The notes under the pieces: model-generated | What the model saw: the letters and a program-made list of their open reading frames with translations, nothing else | Told to the model about the DNA's origin: nothing | Database searches by the model: none | Position numbers and translations under genes: made by a program | Part shown: positions 10,837-20,011 of the stretch, piece by piece | Layout: each line of letters opens with the position of its first letter | Position numbering within the stretch: position 1 is the first letter of the stretch | Origin: Marine Group I thaumarchaeote | GTDB lineage: Archaea > Thermoproteota > Nitrososphaeria > Nitrososphaerales > Nitrosopumilaceae | NCBI GenBank assembly: GCA_044358425.1 | Contig: CP054849.1 | Location: 1,263,080 to 1,311,940 of the forward strand | Direction of reading: 5' to 3' | Length of the DNA: 48,861 nucleotides

Positions 10837-11610
10837 TCATTCTATAGGCAATTTGAGATTATTTCCCCATTCGCCCCAAGATCCTAAATACACTTTGACA
10901 TTTTGAAATCCAAGTTTTTTTAAAACTAAAAATGAATTGGCAGCTCGATATGCTCCCTGGCAATAAGTGACGATTTCAGAGTCCTTTGGTATGTCATACA
11001 TTTTAGATAATTCATCATCATTTTTGAAGGTGCCATCTTCAGAGATATTTTGATTCCAATCAATATTGATAGAATTAGGTATATGTCCAGTTTGAGCAGC
11101 TCTTACTATAGTTCCGTCATACTCACCAGTAGAACGAGCATCAATTATTTTCAAATTATCTAAATTATCTCTAATATGTTCAAATCCAGAAATTATTTCA
11201 GGATTGATTTTTCCTAAAAAATTTGATGGTTTGAAATTATTTGCTTTTGTTTCAATTGAGAGGTTTTCTTTTTTCCATTTTGTAATTCCACCATCTAACA
11301 TAGAGACATTTTGATGTGAAAAATACATCAACATCCATACACCTCTGGCTGCAAGCATTCCAGATATTGAATCATAAAAGATCACTTGCTTTTCGGGAGT
11401 GACACCAAGAAATGAAAATAGTTTTCTTGCTTGATCATTAAAATTCTCAATTCCCTTTTTTGTTGTATCAATCCAATGAAATGCAAATAAGTCCAAATGA
11501 ACTGCTCCAGGAATATGACCTTTAGAATATTCTTTGAAAGAGCGAGTGTCAGCAATTACGATATCACGATTATTGATAATTGAATTTAATTCAGATGTGG
11601 AAATTAACAT
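10837..11610 (-). CDS. Tandem-domain rhodanese / thiosulfate sulfurtransferase
   Basis: GHIPGA and GHIPNS repeats, active-site YCQGAYRA, and YLGSWGEW. Confidence 0.93.
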   Translation of the reverse strand: MLISTSELNSIINNRDIVIADTRSFKEYSKGHIPGAVHLDLFAFHWIDTTKKGIENFNDQARKLFSFLGVTPEKQVIFYDSISGMLAARGVWMLMYFSHQNVSMLDGGITKWKKENLSIETKANNFKPSNFLGKINPEIISGFEHIRDNLDNLKIIDARSTGEYDGTIVRAAQTGHIPNSINIDWNQNISEDGTFKNDDELSKMYDIPKDSEIVTYCQGAYRAANSFLVLKKLGFQNVKVYLGSWGEWGNNLKLPIE

Positions 11611-11700
11611 AAATTTGATTAAAGATTGAAATGTAAATTCATTTGGTTTTGTTCATGAAGATTTTAGGAAAATCCATTACACATAGTGTAGGGGATAATT

Positions 11701-11722
11701 AAATAAAAAGAAGAAAAAAGGG
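11701..11722 (-). terminator. Oligo-U terminator of amt
   Basis: Minus strand reads cccttttttcttctttttattt a few nt after the amt stop. Confidence 0.55.
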
Positions 11723-11730
11723 TGTTTTTT

Positions 11731-13293
11731 CTATTCGTTTACGTATGCTCTTTCGCCATGTTGTGCCAAATCGAGACCAATCTCCTCTTCTTTTGGAGTG
11801 ACTCTGATTCCGCCAGGCCAAACGGCATCCATTACTTTTAGAATTACAATGGTTACACCGAATGCATATCCTATGGATATTACTGCACCCAAGATGCTGA
11901 TTGCTTGCTGTTCCATTCCTTCTGCGGTGCCAGTCCATGCTCCGATACCGTCTCCAGTATCCCAAACGTGTGGGCTAGCTAATGTACCAGTCAAAATTGC
12001 ACCTGTAAGACCACCCATTCCGTGTATTCCCCATACATCTAATGCGTCGTCCCATTTGCGTGCGTTCTTGAATGCTACACATGCATAACAAACTGTTCCA
12101 GCGGCAATTCCCATAATAATTGCAGCCATTGGACCTACCCAACCTGAAGCTGGTGTGATTGTTACCAATCCTGCTACTGCTCCTGATGCGGCTCCTACAA
12201 TACTTGGTTTTCCTGTATGTGCCCAAGACATGAGCACCCAAGTAACTGCGGCCATACCAGTTGCGGTATTTGTAACAGTCCATGCGCTGACGGTAATGCC
12301 GTCTACCATTACTTCACTACCTGCGTTGAATCCAAACCATCCAAACCAGAGTATTCCTGTTCCGAGGACTACCATTGGGATGTTGTGTGGTTCCATTGGG
12401 ACTTTGCCATATCCAAGACGTCTGCCTAGGACTAAAGCTCCGGCCAATGCCGCAAATCCTGAAGAAATGTGTACTACAGTACCACCTGCAAAGTCTAATG
12501 CGTACGTTGGTGAAAGATCTGGATCGAGGTCTAATGATCCTCCTCCTATGTATCCGCCTCCCCAGACCCAGTGTGCTATTGGGTCATAAACGAAGGTTCC
12601 CCATAAGAGTACGAATATCATCAATGCGCTGAATTTGATTCTGTCAATCAAACCACCAATAATGAGTACTGGGGTGATGATTGCAAAGGTTCCCTGGAAC
12701 ATTGCAAAGAGTTGGTGTGGTACTGTACCAGGCCAACTTTGACTACAATATTCGCCGTCCTTAAATTCATTCATCTGGTAAGCTGCAGACCATGTGTCAG
12801 CACATGCACCAAGTTCACCTAGCGGTGCCCAAGCTGATACCATGTTGAAGCCAACATAATCCAAGTTACCCATGAACATATTTGCGTCAGAATCAATTCC
12901 ACCAAATGCTAGTGAGTATCCCCATAGAATCCATTGTACTGACATGAGACCCATTACAATTAGGGTCATACCGAGTACGTTGACGATGTTCTTTGATCTG
13001 GCTAATCCGCCATAAAAGAAACCGACTCCAGGTGACATGAGAAGTACCATTGATGTAGCGGTGAGCATCCATGCTGTATCACCAGTGTCTATAAGACATG
13101 GTAGATATCCACCTTCTCCATCTTCGTACCAACATTCGTTAGGGTTACCAGTGTAAATTCCACTAGTTCCCTTGACGTATCCGTCCATACCATCATCAAC
13201 GCTTTGTGCATATGCTTGTGACATAGCACCAGTTGCTGTGATAGATACTGCGGCTACAAGTAATAGAGCATACTTGTAGTTTCTAGAATTCAT
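11731..13293 (-). CDS. amt: Ammonium transporter (Amt family)
   Basis: DTGDTAW, MFQGTFAIIT, DFAGGTVVHISSG, LWFGWFGFNAGS, DDALDVWGIHG and EEEIGLDLAQHGE; twin-His intact. Confidence 0.98.
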   Translation of the reverse strand: MNSRNYKYALLLVAAVSITATGAMSQAYAQSVDDGMDGYVKGTSGIYTGNPNECWYEDGEGGYLPCLIDTGDTAWMLTATSMVLLMSPGVGFFYGGLARSKNIVNVLGMTLIVMGLMSVQWILWGYSLAFGGIDSDANMFMGNLDYVGFNMVSAWAPLGELGACADTWSAAYQMNEFKDGEYCSQSWPGTVPHQLFAMFQGTFAIITPVLIIGGLIDRIKFSALMIFVLLWGTFVYDPIAHWVWGGGYIGGGSLDLDPDLSPTYALDFAGGTVVHISSGFAALAGALVLGRRLGYGKVPMEPHNIPMVVLGTGILWFGWFGFNAGSEVMVDGITVSAWTVTNTATGMAAVTWVLMSWAHTGKPSIVGAASGAVAGLVTITPASGWVGPMAAIIMGIAAGTVCYACVAFKNARKWDDALDVWGIHGMGGLTGAILTGTLASPHVWDTGDGIGAWTGTAEGMEQQAISILGAVISIGYAFGVTIVILKVMDAVWPGGIRVTPKEEEIGLDLAQHGERAYVNE

Positions 13294-13421
13294 TAGATTT
13301 TAACGAAATTGAATATTATTAAAGCACTGAGGACACTAAAATTAATCAAAAAGTAACTTATTATATAATGAAATATTATGATAGTAACATAGAAAATGAA
13401 ATTTATGTTAAAGGTGATTAA

Positions 13422-14090
13422 ATGAAGGCAAAATCAAAGGGGAAATTAGCAATTTTTGACACATTCAAGACTAAGGATAACGATCTAACAGGAGAAGCAA
13501 AAAGACAAAGAGCGATCATAACAATTCTTGGAAGTGGTGGAAATCCAGCTGAAAGAACGAGAACAGGTATTTCACAAAAAATTGCAAAAAAGCAAGAAAT
13601 TGCTTGGAAAAATATCTATTCTGGAATTTTCAGAGATCTAGATGAAATTTTACTCCCAATGGAGATCGCAGAAGAAGACGGTAGATTACCACTAAAAAGA
13701 GGACCTAAAGCATTACAAGAAAAAGGAATTCCATATTATCATTTAACAAAAAAAGGAATTCTAGTTGGATTAGCAATTAATGGAATTGAAAATATGTCAT
13801 CACAGTTAAAAGAATTTTTTTCAAAATCAGATTCTGAAGATAAAGAGTTTGAGAAAATTTTGATGAAATTCATGATTAATAGTCCAAATTTCACCTATTC
13901 AATTTTTCAGAAATATGTAAAAGCATTTTGTGAAGATAAAATAGAGGAATTATTACCATTTGATCTTACAAAATTAAAGAACATATCAGATGAAAGTCTA
14001 ATTATTCAAAAAGAAATTCTTGCAGCATTTTTGAAATTTACAAATCCAGAAAAAAAGGAAGCAACCGCATTTTTAGATAAAATTGGGTAA
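13422..14090 (+). CDS. Conserved hypothetical protein, probable winged-HTH DNA-binding protein
   Basis: Basic helical N-terminal half ending in a PadR-like wing motif PYYHLTKKG; AGGTGA RBS just upstream; divergent from amt. Confidence 0.6.
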   Translation: MKAKSKGKLAIFDTFKTKDNDLTGEAKRQRAIITILGSGGNPAERTRTGISQKIAKKQEIAWKNIYSGIFRDLDEILLPMEIAEEDGRLPLKRGPKALQEKGIPYYHLTKKGILVGLAINGIENMSSQLKEFFSKSDSEDKEFEKILMKFMINSPNFTYSIFQKYVKAFCEDKIEELLPFDLTKLKNISDESLIIQKEILAAFLKFTNPEKKEATAFLDKIG

Positions 14091-14148
14091 AAATTCAGCC
14101 TAATTGAGATCGCCAAACATTAAAATCCGTAATTCATGACGCTTCATT

Positions 14149-15183
14149 ATGGGAAAAAACGTCTATGCATCTGTGAAATCATACAGTCAAAGAGGAAAAT
14201 TACTCCATAGATCCGATTTTCAGACATTAGCAGAATCAAGAGATCTTGAAGAATTAATGACTAGAATTAAAAATACAATTTATGGTGATGCAGTTTCAGA
14301 TGTTCAAAAACCATACACATCACAAGGAATAGAATCAGGTCTACGAGGACATTTAGCAGATGTACATTATTCAATTGCTAAAACAGCTGGAGATTCACCA
14401 ATTTTAGATGCATATTACATGAAATTCATTGTATCAAATTTGAAGTTAATTTTGAAAGGAAAGGTATTAGATAAATCACAAGAAGAAATTGAAACTCACA
14501 TCAACTTACATGCTGAAGAACTTATCAAACAAAGAGACATCATAATCAAAGCACTTGTTTCCAAAGATCTTGAAGAAACAGTTGCCAGTTTGAACTCTGT
14601 ACAATTTGGTGAAGAGATTTCAAAAGCAGCAGCACTGTACAATGAACAGAAAAATCTTCAGATTTTTGATACATATTTTGATAAAATTTTATATCTTCAG
14701 TTAGGTCGTGCTTTAAAAAATACCAGAGACAGAGACGTGATTAAATTAGTTGGAATGGATGTTGATTTCTATAATCTTCTAAGTGTAATCAGAGGAAAAT
14801 TATGGGGTTTGGAGGAAGCACAAATTCAAGATTTGATTGTTACACAAACAGCAACAATTACAAAAGAATTGTTAGGAAGAATGATTTCTGCTGCATCAAT
14901 TAGAGATGCATTTGGTGAATTAACAAATACAAAATATAAAAATTTGATTTCTCAAAATGAAAATGAATTAGATGCAGTAGCTGAATTTGAAAGATCATTT
15001 GAAATGGCACTTTATAATGCATCAACTAGATCATTTTCAAAAATGTTTAGTTTTGCAACAATTGTGGGAATTACAAAATTGACCTCATTTGAAGTAAGAA
15101 ACTTAGCAGCAATTGCATATGCAGTAGAACAAAAAATTCCTACTGAAGTAACAATGTCGAAATTAATCGTGCAAGAAGAATAA
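14149..15183 (+). CDS. atpC: A1Ao ATP synthase subunit C (vATP-synt_AC39 family)
   Basis: 344 aa all-helical protein with DVDFYNLLSVIRGK and FEVRNLAAIAYA motifs; near the ATP synthase cluster. Confidence 0.9.
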   Translation: MGKNVYASVKSYSQRGKLLHRSDFQTLAESRDLEELMTRIKNTIYGDAVSDVQKPYTSQGIESGLRGHLADVHYSIAKTAGDSPILDAYYMKFIVSNLKLILKGKVLDKSQEEIETHINLHAEELIKQRDIIIKALVSKDLEETVASLNSVQFGEEISKAAALYNEQKNLQIFDTYFDKILYLQLGRALKNTRDRDVIKLVGMDVDFYNLLSVIRGKLWGLEEAQIQDLIVTQTATITKELLGRMISAASIRDAFGELTNTKYKNLISQNENELDAVAEFERSFEMALYNASTRSFSKMFSFATIVGITKLTSFEVRNLAAIAYAVEQKIPTEVTMSKLIVQEE

Positions 15184-15191
15184 TTTGTAAA

Positions 15192-15428
15192 ATGATTAGA
15201 TTCCCTAAAAAGAAAAACGATATTTCAACAGAGACCATGATCAATACAATTTGGGTTAGTACCTTCATGGGTATGATTTTCTCATTACCGCCATTAGGAA
15301 TTTTCTTAGGGATTTACTTTGGAACAGGGAATTTAATAATTGGAGCAGTTTTAGGTTTTGGAGTCCATTTTGTAACATTAGCATTTGCAAGTAGAATCTC
15401 TAAATTTTTAACTCAAATAATGAGCTAA
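15192..15428 (+). CDS. Small two-TM membrane protein
   Basis: Two hydrophobic Gly-rich helices; starts 8 nt after atpC. Confidence 0.75.
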   Translation: MIRFPKKKNDISTETMINTIWVSTFMGMIFSLPPLGIFLGIYFGTGNLIIGAVLGFGVHFVTLAFASRISKFLTQIMS

Positions 15429-15461
15429 AGTATAAGAGGGCAAAAAACGAGGTAATTTATC

Positions 15462-16118
15462 ATGATGGGAGATCGAGATTTTAGAGCAATTATACAAAAT
15501 TCGTTGGATTCAATTGGAAGGGAATTACAATTAGACATAGATTCAGAAAATCTTCAAACTATTCATTTACAAGAAGTGGTTCAATGTTTAAGACGCTCAT
15601 ATTTTGATCGAATTGACCCTCTAGAAATTGAAAGAAGGGGTTTCAACGAACTCCTATCAGGATTATTAAGAAAACAAAAGTATGGAAGTGAACCTAAAGA
15701 GTTCGATATTGATGAAATAAAACTAAAAGGAGAAACAGACATGCTCGTTGACGATATTGTTTTAATTTTTAGATCAGCAGAAAAAGAAATAGAAAATCCA
15801 GTTGCAAATGATGTCCTATATCTTAATGCATGTTTATGGATATATGATAAACATGATGGAATTATTGTATATGTTAGTGGAGATAGAAAAGAAACAACAT
15901 TTTCTGTCACACGAAATAAGAAAATGTTTGAAGAAGTCATTAGAAGAGTAAGAGTACTAAATAATCTTCTAAAAGAACAAAAGGCACCAATTTTAGAACC
16001 ATCAACAGAATGTTCTGAATGTCAATATTTTGAAAGATGTTTTATGAAAAAGAAGAATAGCAAACATGTAGACATTGGAGAAATGTTAGGCATAGGAAAA
16101 TTCGGCGGCAAAAATTAG
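15462..16118 (+). CDS. Solo Cas4-like PD-(D/E)XK-fold Fe-S protein with degenerate nuclease motifs
   Basis: QCLRRSYF plus C-terminal CSECQYFERC give the 1+3 Cys Fe-S staple; GETD motif II is retained; ExK is absent; no CRISPR array or other cas genes in the window. Confidence 0.75.
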   Translation: MMGDRDFRAIIQNSLDSIGRELQLDIDSENLQTIHLQEVVQCLRRSYFDRIDPLEIERRGFNELLSGLLRKQKYGSEPKEFDIDEIKLKGETDMLVDDIVLIFRSAEKEIENPVANDVLYLNACLWIYDKHDGIIVYVSGDRKETTFSVTRNKKMFEEVIRRVRVLNNLLKEQKAPILEPSTECSECQYFERCFMKKKNSKHVDIGEMLGIGKFGGKN

Positions 16119-16139
16119 TTAAAGAAATGAAAAATATTG

Positions 16140-16157
16140 CAAAGGAAAATTCCTTTG
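16140..16157. terminator. Inverted repeat between convergent genes
   Basis: CAAAGGAA-aa-TTCCTTTG perfect 8-bp inverted repeat, followed on the minus strand by a U-rich tract. Confidence 0.55.
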
Positions 16158-16162
16158 TTGGA

Positions 16163-16273
16163 TTAATCTAGTGGTTCAGGGTGTCCTTTACCACGAAGAG
16201 CGAAACACACTACTGCTAGTGCGATTGCTACACCTGCTGCGGCGCCATAAGCTGCCATTCCTGCTTCTGCCAT
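16163..16273 (-). CDS. 36-aa single-TM microprotein (absent from the ORF track)
   Basis: MAEAGMAAYGAAAGVAIALAVVCFALRGKGHPEPLD*. GC-richer than flanks; TTATAAAA box 25 nt upstream (16298-16305); hairpin and U-tract downstream. Confidence 0.75.
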   Translation of the reverse strand: MAEAGMAAYGAAAGVAIALAVVCFALRGKGHPEPLD

Positions 16274-16363
16274 TTGATAAAAAACAACCATACGTCCTTT
16301 TATAACATATATCAATAATTTTTTTCTAAAAACATATTATCATAATTATAAGATTTTATGATA

Positions 16364-16939
16364 CTATCTGAAGAATTCAAATGGAACTGTATTTTCTTGT
16401 CCACTTGTCATTGAACTTAGATTGAAGTAAACAGTTCCATATACCCACCATTTTGCACTACCAGATTCACCATTCTCATATTCAGATTTCAATGAATCCC
16501 ATAATTCACTAGAAGAAGCAGTATTTTTTATGACCATTTTCTTTTTTAGAACAATTGAATTTTCACCTAACAGTGTGTAGTAATTTGAACCAAATTCTAC
16601 CATTCCTTCAGGTCTACTTCCAATAGTTCCACCAGCAAGTTGCTCGTAACTAGAGAAACCAGTTTCAAATAGATTATAATCCATAGTTTGTACAATTACA
16701 GCTCTTGGGTTTGGATTAAAAATTTCAAATGCTATTTCAATTGTAGCTGAACGTTCATTTATTTTGGTTACAGAAAGATCAGCTAACTCAACTTCTAGTA
16801 ATTCAATAGTTGGAGCGTTTTCAACAGAATTATTATTTCCTTGACCTGGAGCCTGCATATCAGGACCGATCAAAACAATTCCACCTAATATTCCAATAAT
16901 AGCTAAAACTGCAGCAAAAACGAAAACTTTAGGATTCAT
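16364..16939 (-). CDS. Membrane-anchored LEA_2/WHy-like protein
   Basis: Start moved to MNPKVFVFAAVLAIIG (N-terminal TM helix), which removes the overlap with the neighbouring gene; FEIFNPNPRAV matches the LEA_2 NPN motif. Confidence 0.7.
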   Translation of the reverse strand: MNPKVFVFAAVLAIIGILGGIVLIGPDMQAPGQGNNNSVENAPTIELLEVELADLSVTKINERSATIEIAFEIFNPNPRAVIVQTMDYNLFETGFSSYEQLAGGTIGSRPEGMVEFGSNYYTLLGENSIVLKKKMVIKNTASSSELWDSLKSEYENGESGSAKWWVYGTVYFNLSSMTSGQENTVPFEFFR

Positions 16940-17005
16940 ACTTAATTTAACCTCAAATATACAAAATATTAGATACTTATTATACCATTCCAGAAGGGGG
17001 AAATT

Positions 17006-17356
17006 ATGCAATATTTTCAAGCTGTTCAAAAAGGAAAACAAAGAGCAAGTAAATCACAAATGAAAATGTTTGATGTGGCTGGATTTTCAATGTTAACTTT
17101 AACAACCAAAAAAATAGATGGAAAATTCTTCCCAGTAGGAGAAGAAGAATTCACAGCTGTGATTGAATCAGAAGATGGACATGTTGCCGTAATTGTAGAC
17201 AATGATGGCTTTACTAAGGCTCAGTCAAAAGCAGTGGAAAAAGAAGAAGCCATTTCAATATTCAAAAAACTCATGGATTCAGGAATCCCAGAATATTCAA
17301 AAAAAGAGATTCAAATTTGGTCTCAAACTAGACCTACAATACAAAATCAAGTTTAA
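17006..17356 (+). CDS. Conserved hypothetical protein
   Basis: 116-aa ORF with normal composition, a purine-rich RBS-like sequence upstream, and a stop that abuts the pyrH stop. Confidence 0.7.
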   Translation: MQYFQAVQKGKQRASKSQMKMFDVAGFSMLTLTTKKIDGKFFPVGEEEFTAVIESEDGHVAVIVDNDGFTKAQSKAVEKEEAISIFKKLMDSGIPEYSKKEIQIWSQTRPTIQNQV

Positions 17357-18043
17357 TTATTTTTTAGAGGGTAAAATAATCTCAGTTCCCACTTTTCCGC
17401 CTTTAATGGCTTTTTCAATAATTTTTGGTTCTGCTTTTAAAATTCTAGTTTTAATTTTAGAACGTTCTATTATTTTTAGAGCAACGATATCCATCAAATC
17501 ATATCCTCCAGCTACAGAATCCTCATGAACCAAAATATTTTTTAGATTTTTGAGTTCAATACTTTTGAATTTTTTTGCTTTTTTGAATTTATTTGGATCC
17601 ATATCATAAACACCATCAACATCAGTTGCATTAAGAAATTGTTCTGCTTTAATTTTTTCAGCAATTAATGCAGCTGTTCCATTAGTACTTTGACCTGGAT
17701 GTAAACCACCAGCTACTACAATTAATCCATCATTAACTGCGTGTTTCACTTCTTGTAAAGTGGTTGGAGGGTGTGAATATGCTTTATTTTTTAGCGCATA
17801 AATTAACAATTTTGCATTAAGTCTTGAAATTTCAATTCCTAGTTCATCTAATGTTGATTCATCAGCATCAAAATTTCTAGCATGTGAAATATAGTGTCGT
17901 GCAATAACTCCACCACCAGCAATTACGACTGGTTGGCAAAATTTACTGATTTTTATTAGAAAATCAGCATATTTTTGGATAATTTTGGCATTATCCATAC
18001 CAAAAACTCTTCCAGATAGTTTTATCACAATTTTTTTCTTCAT
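17357..18043 (-). CDS. pyrH: UMP kinase
   Basis: [26 protein letters not shown] and [12 protein letters not shown]. Confidence 0.95.
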   Translation of the reverse strand: MKKKIVIKLSGRVFGMDNAKIIQKYADFLIKISKFCQPVVIAGGGVIARHYISHARNFDADESTLDELGIEISRLNAKLLIYALKNKAYSHPPTTLQEVKHAVNDGLIVVAGGLHPGQSTNGTAALIAEKIKAEQFLNATDVDGVYDMDPNKFKKAKKFKSIELKNLKNILVHEDSVAGGYDLMDIVALKIIERSKIKTRILKAEPKIIEKAIKGGKVGTEIILPSKK

Positions 18044-19275
18044 TCTAAATCACCTAGTATCGATTTTGCTGCAATTTCAACTTTTTTCCTGTATTTATCA
18101 TGTGTATAGATTCTAAGTATGTTCATAAAGCCTGAAATGGCCGAAACCACTGGTATTTCAGAAATTGGGAGTTCTTTTGCAGATGCTTTTCCATTTTCTG
18201 TAGAAATTAATGTTATTGACTTTGATTCATTTTTTGACGGTGCAAGTGGGATAGAAGGAGTGACAGAGCTGTCAACAAAGATTTCATTTTCATCAATATG
18301 AGATTTCTTTGAAATTTCAAGACGTAATTCATCTGTCCTAGTTTTTTTCAAATTTTTTTGACTTGTAAGAATTCTCTCAAATACACATTTGAGTAATTTT
18401 CTATTTTGATAATCTTCAGCTAATTTTTTGGCTTTTTTAAGTTTTGAAGATTTTGATGAAATAATAGATGATAAAACAAATTCATCTGTTAATTCTACAT
18501 ATTCATTTAGATTAAAGGATGTAAAACCAAATTCATCATCAGATAATCTTAATGCTTGGATTAGCATAACTTCTGCGGCACGAACTGTTTTATGAAAATA
18601 TACTGCTTTGAACATTTGATATCTAGAGTGCATCATAGATTCAAAAGAATATAATGCTGAACGTTCTAATGCAATTTTTTTCTTATGTACACTAAGTGAT
18701 TGTGTAATTCTTTTGTGATCAACCTTTGCATGTTCAGCTCCAGTGAAATAACCATCTCTAAGTAAATAATCCATCATATCTGCACTTAATGCGCCAGAAA
18801 CAATTTCATTGAGATATTGAAATTTTGATTCGCCAAAAGCGATTTGGGCAATTAGTTTTTTATCAAATCCAGTTTTAGATAAAATATCACCAATTTCAGA
18901 TTTTAAAATTATTTTTTTACCAAAATCCTCATGAGAAATTTTTTTTTCTTGAATTATTTCTTCAAACAAATGAGAGAAAGGTCCATGTCCAATGTCATGT
19001 AAAAGACTTGCTAGGCGTAAAATCTGAACATCGTCAGAATCCAGAAATTCCTTCTCATTTAATGCAAATCCAGCTTCAGTAGCAATATGCATAACCCCAA
19101 GTGAATGTTCAAATCTACTATGCTGGGCAGAAGGGTAAGTCAAATGTGCTCCAGAAAGTTGTTTGATACGTCTTAATCTTTGAAAAAGTGAACTATCAAT
19201 TATCGGAAGCTCATAATCATATACACGAATAAAATCATGAATTGGATCAATAATATCTAAGTAATTTTTTTTCAT
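18040..19275 (-). CDS. HD-domain phosphohydrolase (SAMHD1/dNTP triphosphohydrolase-like)
   Basis: [38 protein letters not shown] and DMMDYLLRD. Confidence 0.92.
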   Translation of the reverse strand: MKKNYLDIIDPIHDFIRVYDYELPIIDSSLFQRLRRIKQLSGAHLTYPSAQHSRFEHSLGVMHIATEAGFALNEKEFLDSDDVQILRLASLLHDIGHGPFSHLFEEIIQEKKISHEDFGKKIILKSEIGDILSKTGFDKKLIAQIAFGESKFQYLNEIVSGALSADMMDYLLRDGYFTGAEHAKVDHKRITQSLSVHKKKIALERSALYSFESMMHSRYQMFKAVYFHKTVRAAEVMLIQALRLSDDEFGFTSFNLNEYVELTDEFVLSSIISSKSSKLKKAKKLAEDYQNRKLLKCVFERILTSQKNLKKTRTDELRLEISKKSHIDENEIFVDSSVTPSIPLAPSKNESKSITLISTENGKASAKELPISEIPVVSAISGFMNILRIYTHDKYRKKVEIAAKSILGDLE

Positions 19276-19874
19276 ATTCCCAGTTTCTTTGAAAATGCTT
19301 TGACAATTTCTTCATGAATTTCTAATTTAGTTTTTGATGCATCAATAATTTTCCAATGTTTTTTCTTTGCAGTAGTACGATAAAGTTTAGATATTTTTCT
19401 TGAAAATTGTTCATTTTTTTCAAATTCATCTCTCTTCATAATTTTTCCTTTTTCATTTCGAGGTGAACGTGAAAAAGATTCTTTCTGTGTAACATCAAGT
19501 AATATTACAAGATCAGCTTTTGGTAAACCATCATCGAGACTTTCAAGCCAGTTTTGCTTTAAACCATTTGCTAGTCCATAAACTAAGTTAGATTGATAAT
19601 ATCTATTCATGATCAAAACAGAATTTTTTTCTTTTGATTTTATGATTTCATCAAGTTTTTCCCATCTATTAGCTGCTAAAAGACAATGAATTACTTGTGG
19701 GGGAAATTTACGTTTTCCATCTAGATATTTTCTAATTTCTTTACCTATTGGAGTTTCATAATCAGGAAAATGAAATAATTTTGTTTTGATTTTTTGTTTT
19801 CTAAGAAATTTTTGTAATAAAACTGATTGAGTCAATTTTCCTGCCTGATCTCCACCTTCAATGACAATTATCAT
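19272..19874 (-). CDS. tmk: Thymidylate kinase
   Basis: IVIEGGDQAGKLTQ P-loop and MNRYYQSNLVY. Confidence 0.93.
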   Translation of the reverse strand: MIIVIEGGDQAGKLTQSVLLQKFLRKQKIKTKLFHFPDYETPIGKEIRKYLDGKRKFPPQVIHCLLAANRWEKLDEIIKSKEKNSVLIMNRYYQSNLVYGLANGLKQNWLESLDDGLPKADLVILLDVTQKESFSRSPRNEKGKIMKRDEFEKNEQFSRKISKLYRTTAKKKHWKIIDASKTKLEIHEEIVKAFSKKLGI

Positions 19875-20011
19875 AAGCTATCCAAACAGAGGAATTAATT
19901 GATTAAAAATCTATCAAGACAATGATATGTTTGATGATATCAAATCAATAATTTATCAAAATAATCAGGCATGAATTCAAGATTTAAAACAAATGAATCA
20001 AAAATCAAACT

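Noticed and set aside
4399-12632. Many 60-145 aa ORFs antisense or out-of-frame to the atp genes and amt, including the Cys/Arg-rich 11699-11965 and 11975-12283
   Set aside because: They lie within or almost wholly within well-supported genes, carry no motifs, and are expected from codon bias in GC-richer genes.
15462-16118. CRISPR-Cas locus suggested by the Cas4-like gene
   Set aside because: No repeat-spacer array and no cas1, cas2 or effector genes anywhere in the window.
16940-17041. N-terminal extension of ORF 16364-17041
   Set aside because: It overlaps the divergent gene and its promoter region; ATG 16939 directly precedes the TM anchor.
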